Shown in pieces: positions 39,928 to 50,134 of a DNA stretch of 64,000 nucleotides. Both the position numbers and the translations under genes were made by a program. This DNA comes from a virus. Its lineage: Duplodnaviria; Caudoviricetes. The notes below the pieces were generated by a model, which did no database searches, was not told where the DNA came from, and saw nothing but the letters and a program-made list of their open reading frames with translations. The stretch spans positions 17,338 to 81,337 of the IMG/VR virus record IMGVR_UViG_3300020050_005398; one strand, 5' to 3'. Numbering within the stretch: position 1 is the stretch's first letter; every line of letters starts with the position of its first letter.

Positions 39928-40020
39928 TATCAGGGAGAGATAATGCAGGGTTGGTCATCGGTTGGAAAATGCTGGTGATAGGGAATTTGCAGAAAAGCGA
40001 GTATTTTTCGACGGAAAAGC

Positions 40021-40289
40021 CAGCGCAGCCCGCCAGGGGTGTGCGTCAAGAGGGAACCAGCGCAGCCCGCCAGGGGTGTGCGTCAAGAGGGAACCAGCGC
40101 AGCCCGCCAGGGGTGTGCGTCAAGAGGGAACCAGCGCAGCCCGCCAGGGGTGTGCGTCAAGAGGGAACCAGCGCAGCCCGCCAGGGGTGTGCGTCAAGAG
40201 GGAACCAGCGCAGCCCGCCAGGGGTGTGCGTCAAGAGGGAACCAGCGCAGCCCGCCAGGGGTGTGCGTCAAGAGGGAACCAGCGCAGCC
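40021..40289 (+). repeat. Perfect tandem array, 7 x 37 bp plus 10-bp partial unit
   Basis: Unit CAGCGCAGCCCGCCAGGGGTGTGCGTCAAGAGGGAAC at 40021, 40058, 40095, 40132, 40169, 40206, 40243; 26/37 G+C. Confidence 0.97.
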
Positions 40290-40457
40290 TGTATATATAG
40301 ACGCATGCGTGAATAACATAAAAATAGAACCATAGTAAATCAGTCGGTTATTCATTTATTTTTGATGGCGGGTCGGTTTTGCTGGTTTTTATGGTTACAA
40401 TCAGCACACCAGTAGAAAACGCGCACAGTGCAGCGTTAGGTGTAAGGGGTTTATAGC

Positions 40458-40679
40458 ATGCTGAAATTTCACAGTGGGTCAGGGGCCGCTTCCAATGTGC
40501 CAGCGGGTACACTGATAACCTATCTGGTGGCTGATACTAATGGTGGAAATATGGAATGGTATCATGGCGACACTGCTAGTTACAATGCTCTTGACTGGTA
40601 TGGCGGAGACTGCCAAATTGTGCAAAGCTGCTTGACTGCTGATTATGTTGCTTTTTGTGAAAGTTTAGACCTTGAATAA
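40458..40679 (+). CDS. Early-region hypothetical protein
   Basis: First ORF after the array. Confidence 0.45.
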   Translation: MLKFHSGSGAASNVPAGTLITYLVADTNGGNMEWYHGDTASYNALDWYGGDCQIVQSCLTADYVAFCESLDLE

Positions 40680-40849
40680 ATACATCAAACACCTGTTAGA
40701 ATGCCTGATAATCACGGGCATGCTTATGGCTCCGTTCATAATTTGGATTTTCAGATAATCTAAACTCTCACGTTAAACCCTTATAATTTTGAGGGTTTAT
40801 CGGGCAAGTTTACGCCCATCTTTTCAACCTGTTTCATACTGGATCAATC

Positions 40850-41050
40850 ATGTCAAAATCTACCGTTATCACCGCCAGCATTACCCGCGCAACTACTGGC
40901 AAGCAATCTGCCAAAACCCGCAAATTTAACGCGCTGAAAGCCCGCGCAATTAGCGTGAGGGGTAACAAAAAGAAGTTTCAGGATTTGACTACAATGTACG
41001 GCTGCACAGAGCGGATGGCAGTTAAACTGCTGACGGTCAACAAACTGTAA
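40850..41050 (+). CDS. Early-region small basic protein
   Basis: GGA SD; Lys/Arg-rich. Confidence 0.55.
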   Translation: MSKSTVITASITRATTGKQSAKTRKFNALKARAISVRGNKKKFQDLTTMYGCTERMAVKLLTVNKL

Positions 41051-41309
41051 GTAGTACAATATGAACGACCATAATGTCCGGCGCGGTGACATCAGCGTTA
41101 ACCGTAACTATGCTGGTGATTATGTATTGTCTACAGTTTACTGTGGCTACTATCGCCAGCGTACATTCCCCGGTTATACTTTGAAAAATGCACGCTCTGA
41201 ATTTATCGTGCATTTGCGCAGATTGTAAGTAAGCATTCAAACCCCGGTCGATTATCAATCGCCGGAAATCCCGCTATCATCGGCGGGTAAACCAAAAGAG
41301 AATTCGATC

Positions 41310-41588
41310 ATGGCACAATTGACCTACACAGATCACGATGGTGAAGCCCGCACAATTGAAGGGTTAACGCTCACAATTGACAAACACGGGTGTTATTTTA
41401 TCTGGTGTGACGTACTGGAACATAATTTAACATACAAAACAAAAGGGCTTGAAAATGCGCTTTTATCTGCAATTGAGTCTCTGCTATTTACAATCCAGTT
41501 AAAAGAGGAACGGATTAACAAACTGCAGAAAATCAATGATTTAGCTTTTGAGTTTGCAGCGGCAGTAAACCCAGAAAAAGACAATTAA
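41310..41588 (+). CDS. Early-region hypothetical protein
   Basis: Collinear. Confidence 0.55.
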   Translation: MAQLTYTDHDGEARTIEGLTLTIDKHGCYFIWCDVLEHNLTYKTKGLENALLSAIESLLFTIQLKEERINKLQKINDLAFEFAAAVNPEKDN

Positions 41589-41607
41589 TTTAACCGGATC
41601 AAATACC

Positions 41608-41829
41608 ATGAAAACCCCCATCATCCGCTTGACCATCGGTCAAAATGTATCATTGTCTGGTACCGCCATTGATACCGATGGCGATTATGTGCAGGTTAAC
41701 CAGCGTTTCCAATCCGAAGTTACAGCACGCGAATTCATCGGTGAATTGCGCGATGAACAGGGATATGAATTCCAGCTTGTGACAATGCGCGATTGTGCGG
41801 ATTATAAGCGCAACATGGTCACTGTTTAA
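41608..41829 (+). CDS. Early-region hypothetical protein
   Basis: Collinear. Confidence 0.55.
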   Translation: MKTPIIRLTIGQNVSLSGTAIDTDGDYVQVNQRFQSEVTAREFIGELRDEQGYEFQLVTMRDCADYKRNMVTV

Positions 41830-41985
41830 CATGGGATTTATTATGTATGAAACTACAAAATTTACACCCACTACTGTAGATCATGTGCAAATTATTGCAG
41901 CATGGTTAACCGATAAAATGCACATACTGGATATGTGCATCGATTTTGTCCAAGTTATTATTAATTGTGCTTTTTGAGGTTTAAT

Positions 41986-42252
41986 ATGTACTATGTTGAA
42001 ATGACCGATACATTCGCGGGTGAATTAAATTATTCATGGGTGAAAAGGTTTGTTGTCAAGGCTGAAACCTTGAAATCTTGCATGCGTAAAATCAGCATGG
42101 AAACCGGATACAATGCACGTATGCAATGGCGCATAGGCGATGAGGATGCCATGTATAAGGTAACGGGTGCATGCATCGGGTACAGTGTAGAATGGTTGAA
42201 TGAAGATGATATTGCAGAGTACACCAAACACTATACAATCAAGCATTTGTAA
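41986..42252 (+). CDS. Early-region hypothetical protein
   Basis: Start reassigned to ATG 41986 (GAGGT SD); MYYVEMTDTFAGELNYSWV pattern. Confidence 0.6.
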   Translation: MYYVEMTDTFAGELNYSWVKRFVVKAETLKSCMRKISMETGYNARMQWRIGDEDAMYKVTGACIGYSVEWLNEDDIAEYTKHYTIKHL

Positions 42253-42373
42253 GTGATAACTATCAGAGCATTGTTTAAATATAATGCTTTGCTGGATTAT
42301 CTCTTAATTCTAGGGTAGTCATTTCATTTTCAATTAAGCAAGAGAATCTAATGATTCTCGTAAAGGTTAAACC

Positions 42374-42820
42374 ATGCAAAAACTTTCATTTTCACAAGTC
42401 AAGCAAGTCATTGAATTCTGCCAAGGGTTGCATTCTGAGCCTAATTGGCGTGGAGTAGTGGAGAATATTGTCTCTGGCTACGATGATTTTGAGGTTGACA
42501 ATGTAAGGTTCATTTCAACGGATGAAATTGATCAAATCCAATGCGATGAAATGGAAAGCGACACATACATTTTGGGCTGTTTCAATGCGTGGGCTTTGTC
42601 TGACGCTACTGGAATTGATCAGGACGTATTTGAAGCTATGCAAAAAGCAGGCGCATATGATGCCATCGGGAAACTGGTTATTTCATTGGATAAGCTGTCC
42701 GACTTGCAACAACAATACGTTAGTGCAGATGGATATGGTCATCACTTCAATTTCTACGATGGCGGGAAAGAAGAACTGAGGGTTAATGGTATGGTGTACC
42801 ATGTATTTGATCAGCATTGA
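42374..42820 (+). CDS. Early-region conserved phage protein
   Basis: DFEVDNVRFI...LGCFNAW...ADGYGHHFNFYDG. Confidence 0.6.
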   Translation: MQKLSFSQVKQVIEFCQGLHSEPNWRGVVENIVSGYDDFEVDNVRFISTDEIDQIQCDEMESDTYILGCFNAWALSDATGIDQDVFEAMQKAGAYDAIGKLVISLDKLSDLQQQYVSADGYGHHFNFYDGGKEELRVNGMVYHVFDQH

Positions 42821-42890
42821 TCAGCGGATTTACTTCTAAGTCACTTCAAGGGTTACACAACCATGCTTAACAAAATTAAGGGTTAATTTT

Positions 42891-43472
42891 ATGCCTACAC
42901 AAAAAGTAATCACAGTTTATTCATTCTCCGAATTGTCAGAAAAAGCAAAAGAAAAAGCACGCGATAAATTCCGCGAACACTTTGATTTTGAATGGTACGC
43001 TGAATCAGTTATTGAGGATGCTAAGACTATTGCGGAATTATTCGGCCTTGACATTGACAAGATTTACTATTCAGGCTTTTATCACCAAGGTTCAGGCGCA
43101 TCGTTTGATGGTATTTATCAATATAAACCCGGTGCACTGAAAGCAGTCAAGGAATACGCTCCCCTTGACACTGAATTGCATGCTATCGTGAAAGCCTTGC
43201 AAGCTATTCAACGAAAAGCATTCTATAAACTCCAGGTAGAATGCACATCATCAAACTACTACGGGCAACGGTTCAATGTAGAACATTCAGAATTGCGTTA
43301 TTTGGATGTTAGTGCATATGAGGATGGTATTGCGCAGCCATTGCGTGACTTTGCAAGCTGGATTTATTCTAGGCTTGAGGCTGAATATGAATATCTAACA
43401 AGCGACGAGCCAATATCTGAATTCTATGCAAATAATGAATACGAATTCACAGAATCAGGGGCTTACGCGTGA
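42891..43472 (+). CDS. Early-region conserved phage protein (possible host-interaction/anti-restriction)
   Basis: VYSFSELSEKAKEKARD...YYSGF..QG.GASF...LEAEYEYLTSDE; acidic. Function is a guess. Confidence 0.6.
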   Translation: MPTQKVITVYSFSELSEKAKEKARDKFREHFDFEWYAESVIEDAKTIAELFGLDIDKIYYSGFYHQGSGASFDGIYQYKPGALKAVKEYAPLDTELHAIVKALQAIQRKAFYKLQVECTSSNYYGQRFNVEHSELRYLDVSAYEDGIAQPLRDFASWIYSRLEAEYEYLTSDEPISEFYANNEYEFTESGAYA

Positions 43473-43680
43473 TTGAACAACCAGATCAAACCCCATCCCA
43501 TCCACCGCACATTATCCTCGGTGCAAAACTGGTTTACTTGCTGGTTATCATCGTTTGGCTAATCGCGCTATATATGCCGGTTGCATTGTGTATTAATGTC
43601 GTATTTAAATCTTTTCATAGATAAACTATCTATTTTCATTTCGTTAAATCAGGAAATATATCCTTTTTACATCCAAGAGA

Positions 43681-44235
43681 ATGTCCATTATGTCAAAACC
43701 TAATAACATCAAAATCAACCGTTCTTTTCGCATTATCCGCGAATTCTCAAAATCTACCATTTTGAATGGTTACTTTGGCGGGTCTAACTTGCTCAGTGAT
43801 CACTTGAATGATTATTCGCGAGATGGTATCAATACATTCGTTGGAGAATGGTTAGACAATAACCACAATAAAAAATGGAATGATACAGACTTACGGGCGG
43901 CTGAATTGATAGATAACCCTGATTATCTTATTCAGCGTGCAAGTAATGAATTCTGCAATGCTTTTAGTTATCTTTGGGATAACGGTAATGATTGTGAGAA
44001 TGAATTCAAGAATGCTATTTACCTGTTGGATCAATGTTCAGATAATTATTTTGTATTCGCTGAACAATGGTCTAATGCTTGTTGCTCTATCTATATTGTC
44101 CAGGAAATGAACATTAGTGCCGCGCATGATGTATTGTCGGAATACTACATGGATAAATTCTCCGATGATGACGGCGAGAATGAAGGTTCATTAATGGATA
44201 ACGTGCAACACATCGGCTCTATTGAAATTGAATGA
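43681..44235 (+). CDS. Early-region acidic hypothetical protein
   Basis: 184 aa, Asp/Asn/Glu-rich. Confidence 0.55.
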   Translation: MSIMSKPNNIKINRSFRIIREFSKSTILNGYFGGSNLLSDHLNDYSRDGINTFVGEWLDNNHNKKWNDTDLRAAELIDNPDYLIQRASNEFCNAFSYLWDNGNDCENEFKNAIYLLDQCSDNYFVFAEQWSNACCSIYIVQEMNISAAHDVLSEYYMDKFSDDDGENEGSLMDNVQHIGSIEIE

Positions 44236-44250
44236 AGATGGGGTAATACT

Positions 44251-44544
44251 ATGTCAAATAAAATCAATAATACAATTATACTTAATGGTAAAAGGTATGT
44301 TTGCAAAATCTACAACAAACCAGAATACAATGATAAATACACTATTGTATTCAAGGGGTATCGTCCACGTAATCGGGAGTTAATTCACCCTTATATCGGA
44401 TGCTCTGAATTTGGCAATTATTATCATGGGGAGTTAACCGGATACAATACAAGCGAATTCAAGCACCTAGGTAAACGGGTATCATTTGATAATTCACCCG
44501 AAGCCGTGCAACAGGTTATTATCCGTGAATTGACTACTAAATAA
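44251..44544 (+). CDS. Early-region hypothetical protein
   Basis: DKYTIVF...HLGKRVSFDNSPEAVQ pattern. Confidence 0.55.
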   Translation: MSNKINNTIILNGKRYVCKIYNKPEYNDKYTIVFKGYRPRNRELIHPYIGCSEFGNYYHGELTGYNTSEFKHLGKRVSFDNSPEAVQQVIIRELTTK

Positions 44545-44553
44545 GGTTTACCC

Positions 44554-44979
44554 ATGAACAACAACCAAACAGAAATAATCCGCGCAATTGCGGCAGGCAT
44601 CATTCAATGCGCATTATTCGCTGATAGACCTGAAGGTTCAAACCCGAGAGTAACACGGCAAGCTAAACAGGCGGCTGAATCTATGGCGAGTGAGTTTGTC
44701 GGGATTATCGGGGATGACCTGTTGAATCAAGCTGCGGATGCGTATAGGGGCGAGTATGGGGGTTCATACCATGACACTGCGCTGTGGTCAATCGGGCCAA
44801 TCGGGCATGACGTATGGTTTACTGCACATGGTCATGGTGTCGGGTTTTGGGATAGAAAAGAATTGAAGTTCGATTGTGACGGGGATACCATCAATTTAGC
44901 AGACAGGTTAACCGAAGCATGCGCGAAGTTACGGCAGGTGGAACCCACGTTCTACAGGGGTTGGATGTATCTGGAGTAA
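44554..44979 (+). CDS. Early-region conserved phage protein (GHDxWxTxxGHGxGFWDR family)
   Basis: IGHDVWFTAHGHGVGFWDR. Confidence 0.6.
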   Translation: MNNNQTEIIRAIAAGIIQCALFADRPEGSNPRVTRQAKQAAESMASEFVGIIGDDLLNQAADAYRGEYGGSYHDTALWSIGPIGHDVWFTAHGHGVGFWDRKELKFDCDGDTINLADRLTEACAKLRQVEPTFYRGWMYLE

Positions 44980-45107
44980 GACTAGGGGTTTGTACCTAGA
45001 ATATGTCTTCAAGTATTTTTAGGCTGAGTGGAAACACCCGGTCTTTTTGCGCTTATAATATAAGTACACCCTAGGCATAGTGCATGGGGTTAACCTAGGA
45101 TCACATC

Positions 45108-45347
45108 ATGGCACAATTCACAATCTCTCATATTACAGCACTGGCAACACAACCCGCTATCATCAATCTGGCTCAAATCATGGTTAATCAAGGGCTGGAC
45201 TATAGCCCAACATGGGAACAAGCCTTCCCTGACTTTGCTGCGGCTGGCTATCATATGTATGATACGGGAGACAATGGTATCTGTCTCGTGCATGACAATG
45301 GTAGTGCCTGTATGAATGATGCGCGTATTGTGGCAAGGGTTGTTTAA
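45108..45347 (+). CDS. Early-region hypothetical protein
   Basis: AGGA SD; followed by a terminator. Confidence 0.55.
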   Translation: MAQFTISHITALATQPAIINLAQIMVNQGLDYSPTWEQAFPDFAAAGYHMYDTGDNGICLVHDNGSACMNDARIVARVV

Positions 45348-45392
45348 AATAAACAGGGCAGACTAAACCTCACAGTCATACACAAGTAAGAC

Positions 45393-45416
45393 AAGCCCCT
45401 TATCTGGGGCTTTTTC
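45393..45416 (+). terminator. Intrinsic terminator ending the early block
   Basis: AAGCCCC-TTATCT-GGGGCTT followed by T-tract. Confidence 0.75.
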
Positions 45417-46079
45417 TATTGGGTGAACGGATGTTATATCGGGGATTGAATGCACATATTAAGTCATAAATTGATAGCGGGTTATCATAGGTTTAACGGT
45501 GGATTTTATGCTGAGAATAAATATGCGAATTGTCACTCTAGGATTGATATAACGACAATCTTAAACCAGGACTATGCTGGAAATATTCTCACGATGGTAC
45601 AGTACAATACAACAGCCATAACCCCAGCATAATGCACATTGAAGGCACGTTAGAACGCGCGGTCTAATACACGGTTGATCTGGTGACACCTAACCTTACC
45701 CGCTCAAACTGCTGATAAATTCAGTATATGTAACGGTAAACATCCTTTATGGGTTGTAAATCGTACTACTTAGTAGCGTTTTTATCAGTAGTAAATCTAA
45801 TGGTGATATTTCAGGATTTCAACGATTATTGAAACGACCGGGGATAGGGTTGAACAAGCACCTGTTCCATACTGCTGATATTTACACCCGTTACCAATAT
45901 CCGTTATTAGCAATAAATAACAACAGAATTAACAAAAGAAAATCATTGTTAAATTACCTAATGTTGCGTATAAACAACGGTTGTAACTGCTATCCGAAAC
46001 GTAGCGTTATCGGGCTATAATTATTAGAGTAAAATGCACGTTATTAGCGCAAGTAAATCTCTGATTTACGTTATGCACG

Positions 46080-46750
46080 TAAATATGCACGTATATCTAC
46101 ACACAAAACATTGGTGTAAAGCCCAAGAGTAGTTGCACCAAGGATATTTATCTAAGGATATTTAAACTTGAAGGAGTAGAAACCAAGTCTATAATTTTTA
46201 AAATTAATAAATACTAAGAAAACTACCTAGTGTACTACTGTTGGTTACAACCAAGTGCGCGTATGCTAGTAAATCTTTGATTTACGTTATGCTTACGCAA
46301 ACGCTTACCAACATATATCCAGCGTTGAACAGAAGTTGTACTGTCCTTCGGACGTAGTAATTTCTGTAGTATTGCTGTGTGATCTGTTGAGTATTCAACG
46401 TGCTACCGACAGAATATCTCAAGTTGACACCTAAAGAGGGAGTTCTTTTAAGATAATAAATTAATAAAGTAATCACTTAGGCTGAAACTAGGTAAGGATT
46501 TACTTAAAGGATTACTAATTTATAAAGTTAGACCTGATTGTAGTCAGTCTTGTCTTGGTTAACTAACAAGTTAATTATTCTTCTTTTAGTTATCTAACAA
46601 AGTATTAGTTTGTTGTATAGATACTTGTACTTAGCCAGCGACAAAAACCGCAGGTGTTAGCTGCGGTTGTAATCATCACTATACCGGTGTAGAACCTAAG
46701 TATAACCTATTATATATATATATATATAGGATACTTTGGCAAAATGTCCC
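46080..46750. other. AT-rich non-coding region with (TA)9 run
   Basis: No credible ORF; TATATATATATATATATA at 46711-46728. Confidence 0.5.
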
Positions 46751-46754
46751 ATTG

Positions 46755-47555
46755 TTAGGGACATGAACTTACGTGTTTAGATAACAAACCTTGCAATTCG
46801 GTTGACCACCTGTAGGCTGTCTTTCTAGTAATAAGGTGTGCATTACTCACCTGTTGCTGCGTAAGTTCTGGATATTCTTGTGTTGTCTTGTAGAAAGAAA
46901 TCTTTTTCTTACTTACACCAAGGCTTTCAAGAAAAGTCAACTTATCTTCCAGAGTAACTGACTGTCCTTTGTCAATCTGTGCTTGAGCCTGAAGGTTAGC
47001 GATAGCAAGTCCTACAGTTTCAAACCGCTGGTCAATCATGTCATTTGTCTTCTTTGTTACTTCACTTACAACCCTATTATGCTGCTCTAACGCTTGAACT
47101 CTTTTCTCAAGATCAAGTATCCGCTTAGAATCTGTAATACCTGTCAGATACGATGCAGGAGTCTTTTTGTGACGTTGCTTACGCAGGTCTAATCCACCAC
47201 TTGTTTTCATTTCATTGAACACTGAATGCTCCTTCAAATCAACTAAAAGTTCTTTTGTGCAATACATAGGTTTGTTCTTGTGCTGCTTATACAAGTCTTC
47301 TTCTTCCTGTGTAGTATTGAGCTTTAACACAACGTCAGCGTTTTCGTTGGTTACTTCATTATCGAGTACAGTCTTTTGTTTCTTCTTAACAATGACAGTC
47401 ATGTCCTTTCCTCTTTGTTTAGATTCCGGTGTAGATGCTTCCATTCTAGCTTGCTGTTCAAGTATTTTAAGCTCTTGTTTCTTCTTAGCAATATCTTTCC
47501 AATACTGGTTAAGTCTTTTACGTTTAGCTTCATCTTCAATTTCTTGATCTTGCAT
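46755..47555 (-). CDS. Hypothetical protein, coiled coils and C-terminal HTH-like motif
   Basis: ATG 47555 after AGGAG; PELTQQQVSNAHLITRKTAYRW. Confidence 0.55.
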   Translation of the reverse strand: MQDQEIEDEAKRKRLNQYWKDIAKKKQELKILEQQARMEASTPESKQRGKDMTVIVKKKQKTVLDNEVTNENADVVLKLNTTQEEEDLYKQHKNKPMYCTKELLVDLKEHSVFNEMKTSGGLDLRKQRHKKTPASYLTGITDSKRILDLEKRVQALEQHNRVVSEVTKKTNDMIDQRFETVGLAIANLQAQAQIDKGQSVTLEDKLTFLESLGVSKKKISFYKTTQEYPELTQQQVSNAHLITRKTAYRWSTELQGLLSKHVSSCP

Positions 47556-47580
47556 ATTACTCCTTTTTCTTTTTACTTTT

Positions 47581-47880
47581 CTAAATATAGTCAATCAGTG
47601 CTGCCCTGACCTTACCTTTCTTATTATATACAGGTTGTAGTCTACCTATCAGTACAGCTTCTCGTTTAACAGCTTTACTTTTCGTAGTGTGCCAACTATC
47701 TATTTCAACAGCAACTTCTACACCTTCAAAATGGAGTTTGTTGAGTTCATATACGTGAGAGCAACCACTGATAGCATGCTTCTCTCTACCACACCTGCCT
47801 TCCCCCACGTATACAACATTACTACCAATCAGAACCTTGTACACCAAATACGCTGCTTGTTTTTCTTGGATTGTAATCAC
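47581..47880 (-). CDS. Small GIY-YIG nuclease-domain protein
   Basis: LVYKV...VVYVGEG...R...EAVLI...PVYN. Confidence 0.7.
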   Translation of the reverse strand: MITIQEKQAAYLVYKVLIGSNVVYVGEGRCGREKHAISGCSHVYELNKLHFEGVEVAVEIDSWHTTKSKAVKREAVLIGRLQPVYNKKGKVRAALIDYI

Positions 47881-49340
47881 AGTTCAATCCCCATACCGTA
47901 TCCAACTTCATCTGGAACTACCAACTTGAGTTTAGCTCGTGTACAAGCAACATAAAGCAAGTTTCGTTCTTGCTGTGGCATACCTTCTAGTGGGTCATCT
48001 TCTTTACTAAACTTGAAGTCATTATGCACAACTACATTATCCCATTCTCTACCCTTTGATTTGTGTGCAGTAGTCATAATAATCTGTGCATTCTTTGGTG
48101 TAGATACTTTAGAAAGTTGATAAATAAAGTAATCAATATCAGATCGTTCTGCAAGATTCTTCATTCGTTTAGCTTCGATATTTTCTTCGGTAAATACTAC
48201 AAAGTCATCCCAAATGCTGTACTTTACAATTTCAGAATGCTTTACTTTCTGCATATCACCACGAAGCAAAGCAACGACTGATTCTAATTGAGAAATGAAG
48301 TTTTTAGTATCAATTTCGATACTAACCTTTACTCCTTTATTAATCATGTCATAAGCAGAAAGGATAAGCTGTGAGTTAGTTCTGAAGATGTGTGTAGCGT
48401 CTGCACTAGCTGGAATACTGCGTACTACCTTTGAATTAGTCTTTGGATTACCAATTACAGGAATAGCATCACTAATGCAATAAGAAGCTACTTCAGCAAT
48501 CTCTTTACCATAACGCCAAGACTGAGTAAGAAGACAAGTCTCTGCATTGATCTGTTCCATTGCATTGACAGCTCCACGGAAAGCATAGATTGATTGGTAG
48601 GTATCTCCTACAAAGCATATCTTAGCGTGAGTCTGACGAAGGATTACATCAAGAATTGCAGGGTTAGTATCCTGTGCTTCGTCACAGTAGATAATCTCAT
48701 AGTTCAACTTAGGCTTTGACAAGCACCAGAGTTTCAGGTAAGTATCATGTTCAGCTTTGACTGCTGAGTTTATATCAATACGTTCTTTCCACAGTTTGTC
48801 TGCAAGACTAACTACATTTCTAATAAACAATTCTTTGTTGAACTTGTGTACCTTCTGCATCAAGTAGAGTTCGCCGTGGTTTACGTGCTTAGATGAGATT
48901 TCATCATCGGCAGAATTCTGGAAATTACTTACGGTATCACGCACAAGACTAGCTACAGTTCTTGCTTTGATTACCTTCGTTTCATCTTCAAGGTCAGCAA
49001 TATCTTGAATGCTAAAGAACTTAACAAGGTCTGTCAAGCTACTACAGATATTTGTGCTGAACGAATGCTTTGCGTTTAGCTTGGAGTAAAGCATAGTTCC
49101 AAATTGAGCATAAGCGAGTGAGTGTGTAGTTTTACAGGTAACGTGCTTAGGAAACCTGCTCTCAGCTTCTACTGCAATAGCTTTGTTGAAAGCTACATAG
49201 AGGCTTTTTACTGGATTATCGTCGGCAAGTAAAACTAAAGTACTGGTCTTACCTGAGCCTGAAATGGCATTGACTTTGAGTTGTTTGTGTAGCTTGAACT
49301 TGGAGAGAATTTCAAGTTGTTCTTGAGTAGGTTTTAACAT
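47877..49340 (-). CDS. UvrD/Rep-like SF1 helicase
   Basis: AISGSGKT, DEAQD, GDTYQSIYAFRGA, LTQSWRYG, TAHKSKGREWD, LYVACTRAK. Confidence 0.92.
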   Translation of the reverse strand: MLKPTQEQLEILSKFKLHKQLKVNAISGSGKTSTLVLLADDNPVKSLYVAFNKAIAVEAESRFPKHVTCKTTHSLAYAQFGTMLYSKLNAKHSFSTNICSSLTDLVKFFSIQDIADLEDETKVIKARTVASLVRDTVSNFQNSADDEISSKHVNHGELYLMQKVHKFNKELFIRNVVSLADKLWKERIDINSAVKAEHDTYLKLWCLSKPKLNYEIIYCDEAQDTNPAILDVILRQTHAKICFVGDTYQSIYAFRGAVNAMEQINAETCLLTQSWRYGKEIAEVASYCISDAIPVIGNPKTNSKVVRSIPASADATHIFRTNSQLILSAYDMINKGVKVSIEIDTKNFISQLESVVALLRGDMQKVKHSEIVKYSIWDDFVVFTEENIEAKRMKNLAERSDIDYFIYQLSKVSTPKNAQIIMTTAHKSKGREWDNVVVHNDFKFSKEDDPLEGMPQQERNLLYVACTRAKLKLVVPDEVGYGMGIEL

Positions 49341-49442
49341 GGATTTCCTTTATATAGTAGATATACCTACGGTTTGTAGGTACACGTATTATAGCAGGAA
49401 AATCCACAAATATCTTCAGTGTTGAGACTCAATTTTCACAAC

Positions 49443-49838
49443 TCACCCGATAAACCTTTCATTCTCAGCATCATAATACTTCGATATAAACTCCAGAGCT
49501 TCCATAGCTTGCAGCATGCGTCTAGGTGCTGGATCAAACCCAGAATGCTCACTATCTTCATCGCACACAAACCTACGAGGTACTTCTGAATGAATTACAC
49601 CAGCAATAGTACGCCTAGGAATAGTTACTTGTATTTGTGCTCTGTAATACTTTACAAAACCTCTGCGAGACTGCCCTACCTGAATTCTGTTGATTTTAAC
49701 AAAAGGTAGTTTCATTAGTTTTGTGTAAGGTAGTTCTTGTGTTGGTATTGCGGAGCTGTGATCTCCGAATAGCATCCAGATTAATGCAAATACAAAAGCA
49801 ATACCAAAGAATACTGCGTAACCTTCAAAGAATGACAA
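49443..49838 (-). CDS. Membrane-anchored hypothetical protein
   Basis: N-terminal TM helix. Confidence 0.5.
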   Translation of the reverse strand: MSFFEGYAVFFGIAFVFALIWMLFGDHSSAIPTQELPYTKLMKLPFVKINRIQVGQSRRGFVKYYRAQIQVTIPRRTIAGVIHSEVPRRFVCDEDSEHSGFDPAPRRMLQAMEALEFISKYYDAENERFIG

Positions 49839-49951
49839 TTTAACCTCCAGTTGGTGTGTTAATACGGATCACCGTAATTCTTCTTGTAGGCGTTGCAGAA
49901 TATATACAATAGCGTCTTCTTGTGAGTTATTTGCACGTTTAAAGTTCATGT

Positions 49952-50134
49952 TTATTCTCCTTTTGTTACGGTGATTTCTTCTACGCTGTCAATCTTAACA
50001 AACCTTTTACACCAGTTACAACGTAACTTCTTTAGTTTAGTCTGTACTGTAACCATAGCTTTGTTGTTTGGGTGACAATGTTTGCAGGTGTACGTGTAAT
50101 TGTAGTATGTTTTGTTATTCATAAGTATTACCAA
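49952..50134 (-). CDS. Small Zn-ribbon protein
   Basis: CKHC...CNWC. Confidence 0.5.
   Translation of the reverse strand: MVILMNNKTYYNYTYTCKHCHPNNKAMVTVQTKLKKLRCNWCKRFVKIDSVEEITVTKGE

Noticed and set aside
40021-40289. 37-bp array as a CRISPR array
   Set aside because: Units are contiguous with no spacers, there is no leader/cas gene in the window, and the unit lacks a typical GAAAC-type end
39909-40335. Three overlapping ORFs across the array
   Set aside because: They are open only because the unit has no stop codon in any + frame; no SD, and the translations are cyclic permutations of one 37-aa string
45640-45705. Sixth copy of the double-palindrome repeat
   Set aside because: Only ATCAACC and general texture match; neither palindrome is present
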